Below, one piece after another: positions 10,575 through 20,096 of a DNA stretch of 64,000 nucleotides (position 1 is the stretch's first letter; every line of letters begins with the position of its first letter). This stretch comes from Planctomycetota bacterium. GTDB taxonomy: Bacteria > Planctomycetota > MHYJ01 > JACPTZ01. Under the pieces are notes generated by a model. That model saw nothing but the letters and a program-made list of their open reading frames with translations, was not told the origin of the DNA and ran no database searches. The position numbers and the translations under genes were made by a program. The DNA is taken from positions 5,659 to 69,658 of the forward strand of contig JACPTZ010000214.1 of assembly GCA_016192525.1 (NCBI GenBank), read 5' to 3'.

Positions 10575-10850
10575 ATGCCGCAGGCGAGGGTGGAGATCGT
10601 CTACACCGGTCTCGTGCAGGGCGTGGGGTTCCGGATGACCGCCCACCGTTTTGCGGGCGGACTCCCCGTGACCGGCACCGTCCGCAATCTGCCGGACGGA
10701 GGCGTGGAACTCATCGCGGAGGGAGAACGGACCGATCTGGACCGGTTTCTGGCTCAACTGGAGACGTATTTCCGCGGCAACATCGCGGGTCGGGTCTCGC
10801 GATGGGGCGAGTCGCAGGGCGAGTTCAACTCCTTTGACATTGTGGCGTGA
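10575..10850 (+). CDS. acyP: Acylphosphatase
   Basis: GLVQGVGFR, GTVRNLPDGGVE; 91 aa. Confidence 0.93.
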   Translation: MPQARVEIVYTGLVQGVGFRMTAHRFAGGLPVTGTVRNLPDGGVELIAEGERTDLDRFLAQLETYFRGNIAGRVSRWGESQGEFNSFDIVA

Positions 10851-11743
10851 ATCCGATGGGCGTTCTCTGGGTCCTGGCGAGTACGACGTACCGTGAAGCG
10901 GTCCTGCAGCCGCTCTACCACATCGTCCTGTGGCTGGGCTCGGCGCTCCTGCTGCTCGCGCACCCCTTCACCCAGTTCTATTTCAACCAGGAGCAGTATG
11001 CCGTGCGCGAGGTCGCCCTCGCCACCATCTCCCTGAGCGGCGTGGTGCTCTCCATCCTGTCCGCCTGCCTCGTCATCACGCGCGAGATCGACAAGCTCAC
11101 CGTCCTCACGATTTTCTCGAAGCCGGTCGGGCGGGGGACCTTCCTGTTCGGAAAGTTCCTGGGAATCGTCTGGGCGACCGGACTCGGGATGCTCTTCCTG
11201 TACATCGTCTTCCTGTTCACCGCCTGGTTTCTCGGGGAAGGACTGCACTCCGTGGACGAGGCGATCGCCGATCCGCGCGTCTTCGTGACGCACGGACAGT
11301 ACATCGATCCGGTCGGCGCCGCCGTCTGGCTCTTCTGGGCCGAAACGGGCGTTCCCATGCTCAAGGCGGTTCTCCTCGCCTTCGATCAGGCGTGCATCCT
11401 CACCGCGGTCGCGGTCTCGCTCGCCGTGCACCTGCCGCTGGTCCTCACCGCCTCGGTCTCCTTCCTCTTCTACATCTTCGGGCACCTCTGGAACTTCCTC
11501 TACCTCTCGTTCCCCGACAGCCCCTCGCGTCTTTTGCACGGGCTCGGCGTGGCGATGTACTGCCTGCTGCCGAACCTCACCAACCTGAACATGGCGTCGA
11601 TCATCTCCTCCCCGCACGCCGTGGCGGCGGTGGATTTCACCTGGGGGTACGTCGGCCTCTCCGCCGGTTACGCGGCGGCCTACGTCCTCCTCGTCTTCGC
11701 CCTGGCCGTGGGCTCCTTCGAGCGGCGCGACGTCACCGCCTGA
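10847..11743 (+). CDS. ABC-2 type transporter permease
   Basis: Multiple TM helices, EIDKLTVLTIFSKPVGRGTFLFGKFLG, C-terminal FERRD. Confidence 0.85.
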   Translation: MNPMGVLWVLASTTYREAVLQPLYHIVLWLGSALLLLAHPFTQFYFNQEQYAVREVALATISLSGVVLSILSACLVITREIDKLTVLTIFSKPVGRGTFLFGKFLGIVWATGLGMLFLYIVFLFTAWFLGEGLHSVDEAIADPRVFVTHGQYIDPVGAAVWLFWAETGVPMLKAVLLAFDQACILTAVAVSLAVHLPLVLTASVSFLFYIFGHLWNFLYLSFPDSPSRLLHGLGVAMYCLLPNLTNLNMASIISSPHAVAAVDFTWGYVGLSAGYAAAYVLLVFALAVGSFERRDVTA

Positions 11744-11767
11744 TTCCGACTCATTCCAAATTCTGCC

Positions 11768-11795
11768 TTGACTTTTGCGCCCGATGGGGTACGAT
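11768..11795 (+). promoter_or_regulatory. Sigma70-type promoter, probably giving a near-leaderless mRNA
   Basis: TTGACT-N16-TACGAT, 9 nt before ATG 11805; no SD. Confidence 0.5.
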
Positions 11796-11804
11796 CCCCG
11801 TTCT

Positions 11805-12527
11805 ATGCGCTACGGCATCTTCGGTGACATCCACGCCAACCTCGAAGCCCTGGAAGCCGTGCTGGCGGGGATGAAGAAGGAACGTGTCGATGTGATGGTC
11901 TGCCTCGGCGACATCGTCGGCTACGGGGCCGATCCGGCCAAGTGCATCGACATCGTCCGCGGCCTCGGCTGCACCACGGTAGCCGGAAACCACGATTTCG
12001 CCGTGGTCGACAAGATCAACGTCGACTTCTTCAACACGTACGCCCGCGAGGCCGCGCTCTGGCACCGTGAGATCCTGTCCGACGAGGACAAGCGTTTCTT
12101 GAGCGGCCTGAAACTGGTCGAATACGTGGACAGCTTCACCCTCGTCCACGCCACCCTCTACTCGCCCGAGCTCTTCGAGTACATCCAGACCTCCTACGAC
12201 GCCCACCTCGCCTTCGAGAATCTCACCACCCCGCTCTGCTTCGTGGGCCACTCGCACGTGCCGGTCACCTTCGTCCAGAAGCGGACTGTCTCTTTCACGA
12301 TGGACAGCGCCGTGAAGGTGGAGCTGAACGCGAAGACGATGGTGAACGTGGGGAGCGTCGGTCAGCCGCGCGACGAGAATCCGGACGCCTCGTTCGGACT
12401 CTGGGACACCGAAGAGAAGATGGTCTGGATCAAGCGGGTGAAGTACGACGTGGAGAAGGCCTCCCGGAAGATCATCAAGGCGGGCCTCCCCGAAATCCTC
12501 GCCGAGCGTCTTCGCTACGGGCGATAG
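11805..12527 (+). CDS. Metallophosphoesterase (calcineurin-like, YfcE/MJ0936-type)
   Basis: DIHAN, LGDIVGYG, GNHD, GHSH and NVGSVGQPRD. Confidence 0.92.
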   Translation: MRYGIFGDIHANLEALEAVLAGMKKERVDVMVCLGDIVGYGADPAKCIDIVRGLGCTTVAGNHDFAVVDKINVDFFNTYAREAALWHREILSDEDKRFLSGLKLVEYVDSFTLVHATLYSPELFEYIQTSYDAHLAFENLTTPLCFVGHSHVPVTFVQKRTVSFTMDSAVKVELNAKTMVNVGSVGQPRDENPDASFGLWDTEEKMVWIKRVKYDVEKASRKIIKAGLPEILAERLRYGR

Positions 12528-12547
12528 AGCCTCCCCCCGGACGTGAG

Positions 12548-12574
12548 GGCACGGGCGGACCCGCCGCCCGTGCC
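12548..12574. repeat. GC-rich palindrome (REP-like or terminator)
   Basis: GGCACGGGCGG-N5-CCGCCCGTGCC; a related copy lies at 51784-51812. Confidence 0.6.
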
Positions 12575-12605
12575 ACCCGCACCTCCGCTCCCGACCGCCC
12601 GCTAC

Positions 12606-12775
12606 GAGGCTGTTTCAGAACCGCCCAACCGTAGGGGCGGGGCTTGCCCCCGCCCCCCTGTCGACCGGCGTACACGCCCCTCGACAGGGGGCGACCGCAA
12701 GGGTCGCCTCAAGACTCGCCGTCCGTAGGGGCGCGGCGCCGCCGTGCCCCTACGGCGGGCTTCTGAGATAGTCTC
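12606..12775. mobile_element. MITE-like element with GTAG REP hairpins
   Basis: Imperfect 15-bp TIR (GAGGCTGTTTCAGAA / TTCTGAGATAGTCTC, 12/15), flanking TAC direct repeat, internal GTAGGGGC...GCCCC hairpins. Confidence 0.65.
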
Positions 12776-14700
12776 TACGGCACGCTCGTCATCGTTGCCT
12801 TCACCAGCAAGACGACATGTCGCCGCCCGGTCGCCTCCCCGACCGGCCGCGTCGAGAGACCCATGAGCGCCGTTCCGCCGTCGGGCACGAGGAGCGTCGT
12901 CCGCACCCGCTGGAGGTCTACCGTCGGCAGTTGAAGGGCGCCGATCCGGTCCGCCTTCGTCTGGAGCGAGGGGATCGGGTGCTCGAGTTGGGCGAGCGTC
13001 GGGGCCAGTTCCACGATGATGTGCTTGTTGTCGCCCGCCAGCACGGGCCGGGTGTTGAGGACCACCCCTTCCATCGCGTGGCCGATGATCGGGTCCGCCA
13101 CGCTCGACTGCTGCGCGATCTGCACGTCGTAGTCCATCACATACGCCGTGGAGCGGAGCCGGCTGACCGTCACCTGCTGACGGTTGTAGCCGGTCACTTC
13201 CCCGTAGGCGATCAGCCGCGCATGCTCCCCCGACCGGGTCGCCGCCAGCAGCCGCTCCGTCCGCTCCGGGGTGAGCAGCGTAGCCTCCTTCCCCCCGAGT
13301 CCGCCGCCCAGTTCCTTGAGCGTCGCGTCGTCGATGGCCAGGAACCGGGCCTCGACCGTGATCATCCGCCAGGTCTGCGATTCCATCTTCGTGAGATACT
13401 CCTGGATCTGATTCAGGACCTCCGGCGTGTGCTGAATCGCCAGGAAGTTCCCCACGACCTCGATCGAGTTCTTCTCGTCCTGCCAGGAGTCCGGAGCGAT
13501 GTTCCGCTGCAGAATCTCGACGAGCGACTCGACGCCCACTACAAGCCCCTGCGGATACCCGGCGTCCTCGAAGATCATGCCCACCTGAGCCCCGCCGCCG
13601 CCCTCGTTCCAGTCCGGGTCGGGTCCCGCGAAGTCCGGGATGGACCCGACGATCCCGGAGACATCGATCAGGCGCAGCTCCCGCTTTTCCTTCACCGCGA
13701 AGGGGGCGGCGCTGGTCCCGAGATCGACGAGCGAGGGTCGCAGAAGCGCCACGGCCACGATCTCCCCGCCCGTCTCCTCCGGGCCGGCGAGCGCGGCGCC
13801 GCACACGATGGCCGTGCGGCCCGCCGGAACGACGATCGTGGTCTTCACGTCCTGCGCGTCGATCACCGGAAGCTGAAGCGTGCCGAGCTCCGGCGTCTTC
13901 AGCTCGAACGATTCGATCGGACGGACGAGACTCACGCCGCTCAGACGCACCTCGATGGAGAAAGTCTTCCCCGTGGCGTCCACCCGCGGCCAGAGATCGG
14001 CCACCACCCCCTCGATGCAGCGGCCGACGATGGGGTCGGCGATCGCGGATCCCGTGGCGATCTCCACGTCGTAGTCCTGGATGAAGGCGACCTGCCGGAT
14101 GTCGGCGACATGGACGCGCTGGCCATTGAACGCCGTGAGGCGCGTCGCCTTGACGATGCTGACCTTTCCGCCCGCGGTGGCGGCGTTGAGGAGGGCCCGG
14201 GTCGCGGCCTCGTCGAGAAGGGCGTACTTGCCCGGGGCGGCGGTGCGCTTCGTGAGTTCGGAAATCACCGTGGCCTCGGCGGAGAGGATGGTGCAGTCGA
14301 TCGAGATCACCCGGCTCCGCGCCTGCCGGACGGCAGCAAGAAACTGGACGATCCGTTCATGGACGTCGGCCGTCTGAACCACGAGAAGGGTCCCGTTCTC
14401 GAAGGTGATCGAGTTGCGGTCGTTCTCCCACGAGTCCTCGTTCACGTTGCGCCGGATCATCTCCACGAGGACGTCGCCGGAGAAGTCCTCCGAGCCCGGC
14501 TCCGGCTCCATGGTCACCGTGGGCGAGTCGGACTGGATCCCGATCGCCGGCCCCGGGTAGTTCTGGATCGGCCAGGTGATGGAGCTGACGTCGTAGACGC
14601 GCATCTCGCGCTCGACCTCCTGGGCGGACGCGCAAACCGGCGCCGCCATCAGCACGCACAGCATCGCGGCGAGCCTCCTGAAACACCTTCGGATACTCAT
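12775..14700 (-). CDS. Secreted protein with two tandem secretin-like units
   Basis: Signal peptide (..ASAQE). Two copies of (R.YDVS...DSW...TxEV) N-domain plus (DYDV.IA...ADPI.G...EGVV...LQLP...TT..VP.G) beta domain. Confidence 0.75.
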   Translation of the reverse strand: MSIRRCFRRLAAMLCVLMAAPVCASAQEVEREMRVYDVSSITWPIQNYPGPAIGIQSDSPTVTMEPEPGSEDFSGDVLVEMIRRNVNEDSWENDRNSITFENGTLLVVQTADVHERIVQFLAAVRQARSRVISIDCTILSAEATVISELTKRTAAPGKYALLDEAATRALLNAATAGGKVSIVKATRLTAFNGQRVHVADIRQVAFIQDYDVEIATGSAIADPIVGRCIEGVVADLWPRVDATGKTFSIEVRLSGVSLVRPIESFELKTPELGTLQLPVIDAQDVKTTIVVPAGRTAIVCGAALAGPEETGGEIVAVALLRPSLVDLGTSAAPFAVKEKRELRLIDVSGIVGSIPDFAGPDPDWNEGGGGAQVGMIFEDAGYPQGLVVGVESLVEILQRNIAPDSWQDEKNSIEVVGNFLAIQHTPEVLNQIQEYLTKMESQTWRMITVEARFLAIDDATLKELGGGLGGKEATLLTPERTERLLAATRSGEHARLIAYGEVTGYNRQQVTVSRLRSTAYVMDYDVQIAQQSSVADPIIGHAMEGVVLNTRPVLAGDNKHIIVELAPTLAQLEHPIPSLQTKADRIGALQLPTVDLQRVRTTLLVPDGGTALMGLSTRPVGEATGRRHVVLLVKATMTSVP

Positions 14701-16514
14701 GAGCGACTCCTTTCGAGGACGGATGGGACAACCCCCCTGATGGTTTTCGTTTCAAGACACACCGCCACCACGCCCGGGCGCTTTCCGCGCTCCTCCGCCT
14801 CGCGGGCCTTCCACCAGCGCGTCCACTGCGCGGCATCGAGACCGAAGTCCTCCTCCGTGATGCGACGGAGCGCGTCGAGCGCCCCGTCCCGAACCTCACG
14901 ACGGCGGAGGGCCGGAATGAGGACCGGGATGGCGCTCGTCTCCTTCATGGCGCCGAGGGCGGCGATCGCCTCCGGGGCGAGCCGGCGATCCGAGACGACC
15001 GAGAGGAAGAGGGGGGCCGCGCGTCCATCTCCACACCGGGCGAGGGCGGCGACCGCCTCGAAGCGCAGCTCCGGATCCCGGGCCGCCTCGACCAGGATGG
15101 GCGTGGCTGAGGCGTTTCCGAGCCGGCCGAGGAGTCTCACCGTGCGTCGCTGGAGCGATCGATCCGGCCGGGCGAGCAGTTCGCGGCAGGCCTTGACGGC
15201 CGGCGCCCCAATCGCATGAAGCACGTGGAGCACCTCTTCCTCCGCGGCCGGATCGCGCGCGGCGACGACGATCGCCTCCACGCACGCGGGGTCTTTCAAT
15301 CTCGCGAGGGCGCCGGCGGCCCAGCTGCGGGTGGTGCGTTCCGCAAACGCGGATTCGAGGCCCGGACGCACGGCGGAGTCCCCGCATTCCACGAGGATGG
15401 CGACGGCGGCGTCGCGCATCCGCTCCTCGGCGGAACGTAGCGCGGAGTAGAGCGGACGCCGGGCCTCCGCCGGAGGAAGCGGCCGGATGAGGCGGGCGGC
15501 CGCAGCCGGGGAAACGGCCCCCTCACCGGCGGCCTGCGCCAGCGGCTCAACGAGGGAGGGATCGGGCCGGAGGGCGAGGGCGGCCAGCGCGGCCTCGCGC
15601 AGCGACTCCCTCCTCAGCGCGCGGATGCAGACGGCGCGGGCGATCGGGTCGGCGATGGCGCCGAGGGCCTGCAGCGCCGCGGGGGCGAGCAGCGGATCGT
15701 CCAGAACCCGCGCGAGCGCGCGGCTGGCGCGCGGATCGCGGGCTTCAGCGAGAAGGACGATGGCGTGGCGTCGCCGCTCGGGACCCGGCGACGCGAGGAG
15801 GCTCAGCAGGTACGGGACCGCCTCGAAGCGATCCGAGAGCACTCTGGGGATGAGGGCGCGGCGGGCCTCGTCGGACGCGGCCGAGGAGTACTCGGAGAAG
15901 GCGAGTTCGATGTCTCGCGGCGCCGCGGCTGGCCGGTTCTCCGGAATCCCGGCGGCGGGAGACGCGGAGTCGTCCGACCTGATGCCGGTCGCCCCGATCC
16001 CGGACGGCGACGGCGCGCCACCCGGGCCGGGCGTCCGATCGTCGCCTCGCACCAGTCCTGGCCCTGGAGGCAGGGGGCCGGTCGCCTCTCTCCCGGTCGG
16101 GCCGCGAACGGGAGAGGGCGGGACGGCGGGGCGCGAAGCGAACTGCGCCGTGCCGATGACCGCGAGCATCGCCGCGGCCGCGACGGCCCAGGAACGCCCG
16201 GTCGCCCGGGCCGGCGAATCCGTCCTCCCTGAACGAGGCCATCGCGCATCGTTCGCCGTGTCGAGGGGCGCGGCGACGGGCGGCTCAACGATCGCGTCGC
16301 GCACCAGCCACTGGACCCGCTTCGCCAGGCCCTCGGAGGCCGCGGCGGCGGGCATCTCGATCCGCATCTCCCGTCCGACCGCGTCGAGTCCCCTCCACTC
16401 GTCGGCGCAACTGGCGCATCCGGCCGCATGTTCCTCAAGCCGGACCCGATCCGCGGGCGTGAGGTCGCCGTCGCAGGCGGCGTCGATCAGGGGTATCCAG
16501 GACTCACAGGGCAC
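14697..16514 (-). CDS. Anti-sigma factor: zf-HC2, TM, Pro-rich linker, HEAT repeats
   Basis: CESW...DGDL...HAAGCASC; TM WAVAAAAMLAVIG; HEAT repeats; ends DAAQWTRWW. The start (GTG 16514) is uncertain. Confidence 0.8.
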   Translation of the reverse strand: MPCESWIPLIDAACDGDLTPADRVRLEEHAAGCASCADEWRGLDAVGREMRIEMPAAAASEGLAKRVQWLVRDAIVEPPVAAPLDTANDARWPRSGRTDSPARATGRSWAVAAAAMLAVIGTAQFASRPAVPPSPVRGPTGREATGPLPPGPGLVRGDDRTPGPGGAPSPSGIGATGIRSDDSASPAAGIPENRPAAAPRDIELAFSEYSSAASDEARRALIPRVLSDRFEAVPYLLSLLASPGPERRRHAIVLLAEARDPRASRALARVLDDPLLAPAALQALGAIADPIARAVCIRALRRESLREAALAALALRPDPSLVEPLAQAAGEGAVSPAAAARLIRPLPPAEARRPLYSALRSAEERMRDAAVAILVECGDSAVRPGLESAFAERTTRSWAAGALARLKDPACVEAIVVAARDPAAEEEVLHVLHAIGAPAVKACRELLARPDRSLQRRTVRLLGRLGNASATPILVEAARDPELRFEAVAALARCGDGRAAPLFLSVVSDRRLAPEAIAALGAMKETSAIPVLIPALRRREVRDGALDALRRITEEDFGLDAAQWTRWWKAREAEERGKRPGVVAVCLETKTIRGVVPSVLERSRS

Positions 16515-16597
16515 GAGTGTCGATCCAAGGATGTTGCAACACCTTCTTGCGCACCGGCCACGGCCGCCCGCGAGGGGCGGCCCCGCGGCTTCGCTCA

Positions 16598-16816
16598 GAG
16601 CCTGAGAAGAAGTGCCACAGGACGACGGACGCCGCAATCATGTCATCCTGAGCGTCGGGCGCAGCCCCGCAGCACGTGCTGCGGGGCGCAGCCCGACGCA
16701 TACGGCAGGTTTGCTCCAAGGCTGGTGATCCTTCGCCCTGCCCGCCGGAAGGAGGCGGGCAGGGCTCAGGATGACAATTCGGGGCACCGCTCGCCGACGC
16801 TTTTCTTCTCAGGCTC
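16598..16816. mobile_element. MITE-like element enclosing nested palindromes
   Basis: Perfect 14-bp TIR GAGCCTGAGAAGAA / TTCTTCTCAGGCTC. Internal GTCATCCTGAGC...GCTCAGGATGAC with nested hairpins. Confidence 0.65.
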
Positions 16817-17408
16817 CTGGCGCAGGGCGGGAGGGTGAGGACTCGCCGTGGCCCGGTCCCTGCTTCTTCAACCGCTCCCTCATCCTCCGCCGCGCGTGCG
16901 ACAGATTCATCCGGACGGCCTCGACGGACGACTCCACCACCCCGGCGATCTCCACCGGTTTCATCTCGTGGAAGACCGAGAGCGTGAGGACGAGCCTCTG
17001 CCGCTCCGGCAGTTCCGCCAGCGCGGCGGCCATTCGCGGCGGCAATCCGGGGTCCGGGTCGCGCGTGGCGCGGGCCGATCGCGGCCCGTGCCGCGCGTCC
17101 GCCGCCGGTTCCGGCACGCCCTCGAGCGGAAGGGGCGTCTGCCGGGCGGCGGGATCGCGCCGACGGTCAAGGCAGGCGCGGGTCGCGATGCGAAAGAGCC
17201 AGGTACGGAAGGAGGCCTCGCCGCGGAACTCGCGGAGGGCTCGCATGGCCCGAAGGAAGGTCTCCTGGGTGGCGTCCTCGGCCTCATGCGGATCGCCGAG
17301 CCATCGCCGGGCGAAGGCGTGGATCGGGTCGAGGTAGCGCTGCGCCAGTGCCCCGGCGGCCTCCGCCTCCCCGGCCTGCGCCCGGGACACCAGGTCTCGA
17401 TCGTCCAT
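16809..17408 (-). CDS. ECF RNA polymerase sigma factor
   Basis: AEDATQETFLRA, FRTWLFRIA, LPERQR...EIA region 4. Confidence 0.93.
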   Translation of the reverse strand: MDDRDLVSRAQAGEAEAAGALAQRYLDPIHAFARRWLGDPHEAEDATQETFLRAMRALREFRGEASFRTWLFRIATRACLDRRRDPAARQTPLPLEGVPEPAADARHGPRSARATRDPDPGLPPRMAAALAELPERQRLVLTLSVFHEMKPVEIAGVVESSVEAVRMNLSHARRRMRERLKKQGPGHGESSPSRPAPGA

Positions 17409-17436
17409 GCGCCGGTCCGGCTCCGCACTGGAGAGG

Positions 17437-17463
17437 TAGACGGGGAAGAGCCCCGGAAAGTAA
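17437..17463 (-). promoter_or_regulatory. Putative ECF-type autoregulatory promoter
   Basis: Minus strand TTACTT-N16-GTCTA, 28 nt before the ECF ATG; resembles the sigmaE-like GAACTT-N16-GTCT. Confidence 0.4.
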
Positions 17464-17537
17464 AAACATTCTCGGGCGAATGGCGAAAAAAGTCAAAGGG
17501 GAGGGGAGAGGCGACCCGGCGGGTCCCCCGGTGGAAG

Positions 17538-17566
17538 TTGCGATCACGCGTCGCCCGTGCTATCCT
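17538..17566 (+). promoter_or_regulatory. Sigma70-type promoter for hsdR
   Basis: TTGCGA-N17-TATCCT with TG extension. Confidence 0.5.
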
Positions 17567-17596
17567 GACGGCAGCTCCGAGGGAGAAGCGCGAGCC

Positions 17597-19978
17597 GTGA
17601 GCAACGAAGCCGATACCTGCCGAAAATACGTCCTGCCGAAACTCCTCGCCGCCGGGTGGGACACGGAGCCGCATTCGTTCACCGAGCAGCGCACCTTCAC
17701 CGACGGCCGCATCGTCCCCGTCGGACCCCGCGCGATCCGCCGCAAGCAGAAGCGCGCGGATTATCTCCTGCGCTACTCTCGCGATTTCACCATCGCGGTC
17801 GTTGAGGCCAAGGCCGATTACAGGACTCCCGGCGACGGCCTGCAGCAGGCAAAGGACTACGCGGAAGTCCTTGGCCTCAAGTTCGCCTACGCCACGAACG
17901 GCACCGGGATCATCGAGTTCGACTACACCACCGGTGTAGAGCGATCCATCGACGCCTTCCCGACCCCCGCCGACCTCTGGTCCCGCCTCGCCGGCAAGGA
18001 GCCGTTGAGCGAGGAGGCTGGCCGAAGGCTCCTCACCCCCGCGCACCTCCTCATCGGCAAGACGCCCCGCTACTATCAGGAGATCGCCATCAACCGTTCG
18101 GTCCAGGCGGTTCTCTCCGGCCGAAAGCGCATCCTGCTCACGATGGCCACCGGCACCGGCAAAACCGTCGTCGCCTTCCAGATCTGCTGGAAACTCTGGG
18201 AGGGAAAGTGGACCCGTTCTGGCGAACCCCGCCGCCCTCGCATCCTCTACCTCGCCGACCGAAACGTCCTCGTCGACGATCCCAAGGACAAGACCTTCGC
18301 CCCGTTCGGCGACGCCCGGATGAAGATCGAGAACGGCGAGGCGAACCAGGGTCGCGAGATGTACTTCGCCACGTATCAGGCCATCGCCCGGGACGAGCGT
18401 CGCCCCGGCCTTTACCGCGAGTACGCACCGGACTTCTTCGACCTGATCATCGTCGACGAGTGCCACCGCGGGAGCGCCCGCGACGAGAGCAACTGGCGGG
18501 AAATCCTCGAGTATTTCAAGCCGGCCGTTCAACTGGGCATGACCGCCACCCCCCTCCGGAACGACAACCGTGACACCTACCGGTACTTCGGCAACCCGAT
18601 CTACCAGTACAGTCTCCGCCAGGGAATCGAGGACGGATTCCTCGCCCCGTATCGCGTCCACCGGGTCATCACTACTCCGGACGCAGCGGGGTGGCGCCCG
18701 AGCGCCGGCGATCTCGACCGAGACGGCCGCGTCATCCCGGACGAGGAGTATCACACGAAGGACTTCGAGCGCGTTGTCGCCTTGCGGGCCCGCACGGAGG
18801 CGATCGCGCGCCACCTCTCCGGGTTCATGCGGGAGACCGGCCGGTTCGCCAAGACCATCGTCTTCTGCGTCGATCAGGAACATGCCGACGAGATGCGCCG
18901 CGCCCTGAACAACCAGAACGCAGACCTCGTTCGCGACCATCCGGATTACGTCTGCCGCGTAACCGCCGAAGAGGGCGGAATCGGTCGCGGTCACCTCGAT
19001 CGCTTCATGGACGTCGAGACAAAGACGCCGGTCATCCTGACCACATCGCTCCTCCTCACCACGGGCGTCGACATTCCCACCTGCCGCAACGTCGTCCTCG
19101 CGAAGACGGTCGGCTCGATGACCGAGTTCAAGCAGATCATCGGGCGCGGCACCCGTGTCCGCGACGACTACGACAAGCACTTCTTCAACATCGTCGACTA
19201 CACCGGCGACGCCACGCGGCACTTCGCCGACCCCGAGTTCGACGGCGAACCGGCGCTCGTCTCCGAGGTGCACCTGGACGAAAAGGGGGATCCGCTCCCC
19301 GAGACGCGGCGGGAGATCGTCCCCAACCCGCTCGAATACGCGGAAGCGGGAGAGGAACTCCCGGCCATCCCCCCAACGGGTTTCAGCGATTCGGCGGTCG
19401 GCCCGCCACGAAAGTACCACTTCGACGGCGGCACCTTCGAGATCGTCGCGCACCTCGTCTACGAACTGGACCCGGACGGGAAACAGATGCGCGTCGTCAA
19501 GTTCACCGAGTACGCCGCGGAAAAGGTGCGCACGCTCTACCTGTCGGCCGGCGATCTCCGCGCCCGCTGGGCCGATCCCGAGAAGCGTCGGGGGATCCTC
19601 GAGCAACTGGCCGAGCGGGGGATCGATTTCGACGCCCTCGCGGCGTCGGCCAACCAGCCCGACGCGGACCCGTTCGACCTGCTCTGCCACCTCGCCTTTA
19701 ACGCCCCGCTCCGGACGCGTCGCGAGAGGGCGGATCGGTTGCGCCGGGAGAAGAAGGATTTCTTCGACCGCTACGGCCCGCAGGCGCGTGAGGTCCTGGG
19801 CGATCTCCTCGAGAAATACGCGGCGCACGGCGAGGCGCAGTTCGTTCTGCCGGACGCGATCAAGGTGCCGCCCATCTCGGAGCGCGGCACGGTCCCGGAG
19901 ATCGCCGCCCTCTTCGGCGGCGCGGAGCAGTTGCGGCAGGCGGTGAACGAGTTGCAGACGTTGCTCTATGCGGCGTAG
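17597..19978 (+). CDS. hsdR: Type I restriction subunit R (EcoAI-like)
   Basis: NEADT, ADY...VVEAK nuclease, MATGTGKT, DECHRG, MTATP, QIIGRGTR and an EcoEI-type C-terminus. Confidence 0.95.
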   Translation: MSNEADTCRKYVLPKLLAAGWDTEPHSFTEQRTFTDGRIVPVGPRAIRRKQKRADYLLRYSRDFTIAVVEAKADYRTPGDGLQQAKDYAEVLGLKFAYATNGTGIIEFDYTTGVERSIDAFPTPADLWSRLAGKEPLSEEAGRRLLTPAHLLIGKTPRYYQEIAINRSVQAVLSGRKRILLTMATGTGKTVVAFQICWKLWEGKWTRSGEPRRPRILYLADRNVLVDDPKDKTFAPFGDARMKIENGEANQGREMYFATYQAIARDERRPGLYREYAPDFFDLIIVDECHRGSARDESNWREILEYFKPAVQLGMTATPLRNDNRDTYRYFGNPIYQYSLRQGIEDGFLAPYRVHRVITTPDAAGWRPSAGDLDRDGRVIPDEEYHTKDFERVVALRARTEAIARHLSGFMRETGRFAKTIVFCVDQEHADEMRRALNNQNADLVRDHPDYVCRVTAEEGGIGRGHLDRFMDVETKTPVILTTSLLLTTGVDIPTCRNVVLAKTVGSMTEFKQIIGRGTRVRDDYDKHFFNIVDYTGDATRHFADPEFDGEPALVSEVHLDEKGDPLPETRREIVPNPLEYAEAGEELPAIPPTGFSDSAVGPPRKYHFDGGTFEIVAHLVYELDPDGKQMRVVKFTEYAAEKVRTLYLSAGDLRARWADPEKRRGILEQLAERGIDFDALAASANQPDADPFDLLCHLAFNAPLRTRRERADRLRREKKDFFDRYGPQAREVLGDLLEKYAAHGEAQFVLPDAIKVPPISERGTVPEIAALFGGAEQLRQAVNELQTLLYAA

Positions 19979-19991
19979 CCGGACGCCGTTC

Positions 19992-20070
19992 GTAGTGCGC
20001 CCGTCAGGGCGCGTTGTTTCTGTTGTTGTCTCTGTTTCTTGCTTCTGTTTCTTGCTTCTGTTGTTGTTCC
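19992..20070. repeat. GTAG hairpin plus pyrimidine-rich 12-13-mer tandem repeat
   Basis: GTAGTGCGCCCGTCAGGGCGC followed by TCTTGCTTCTGTT-like units. Confidence 0.55.
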
Positions 20071-20096
20071 CTCTGAGTCTTCATCGGAGTCCGTGG

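Noticed and set aside
16961-19828. 955-aa minus-strand ORF
   Set aside because: Antisense shadow of hsdR, typical of high-GC codon bias; no motifs.
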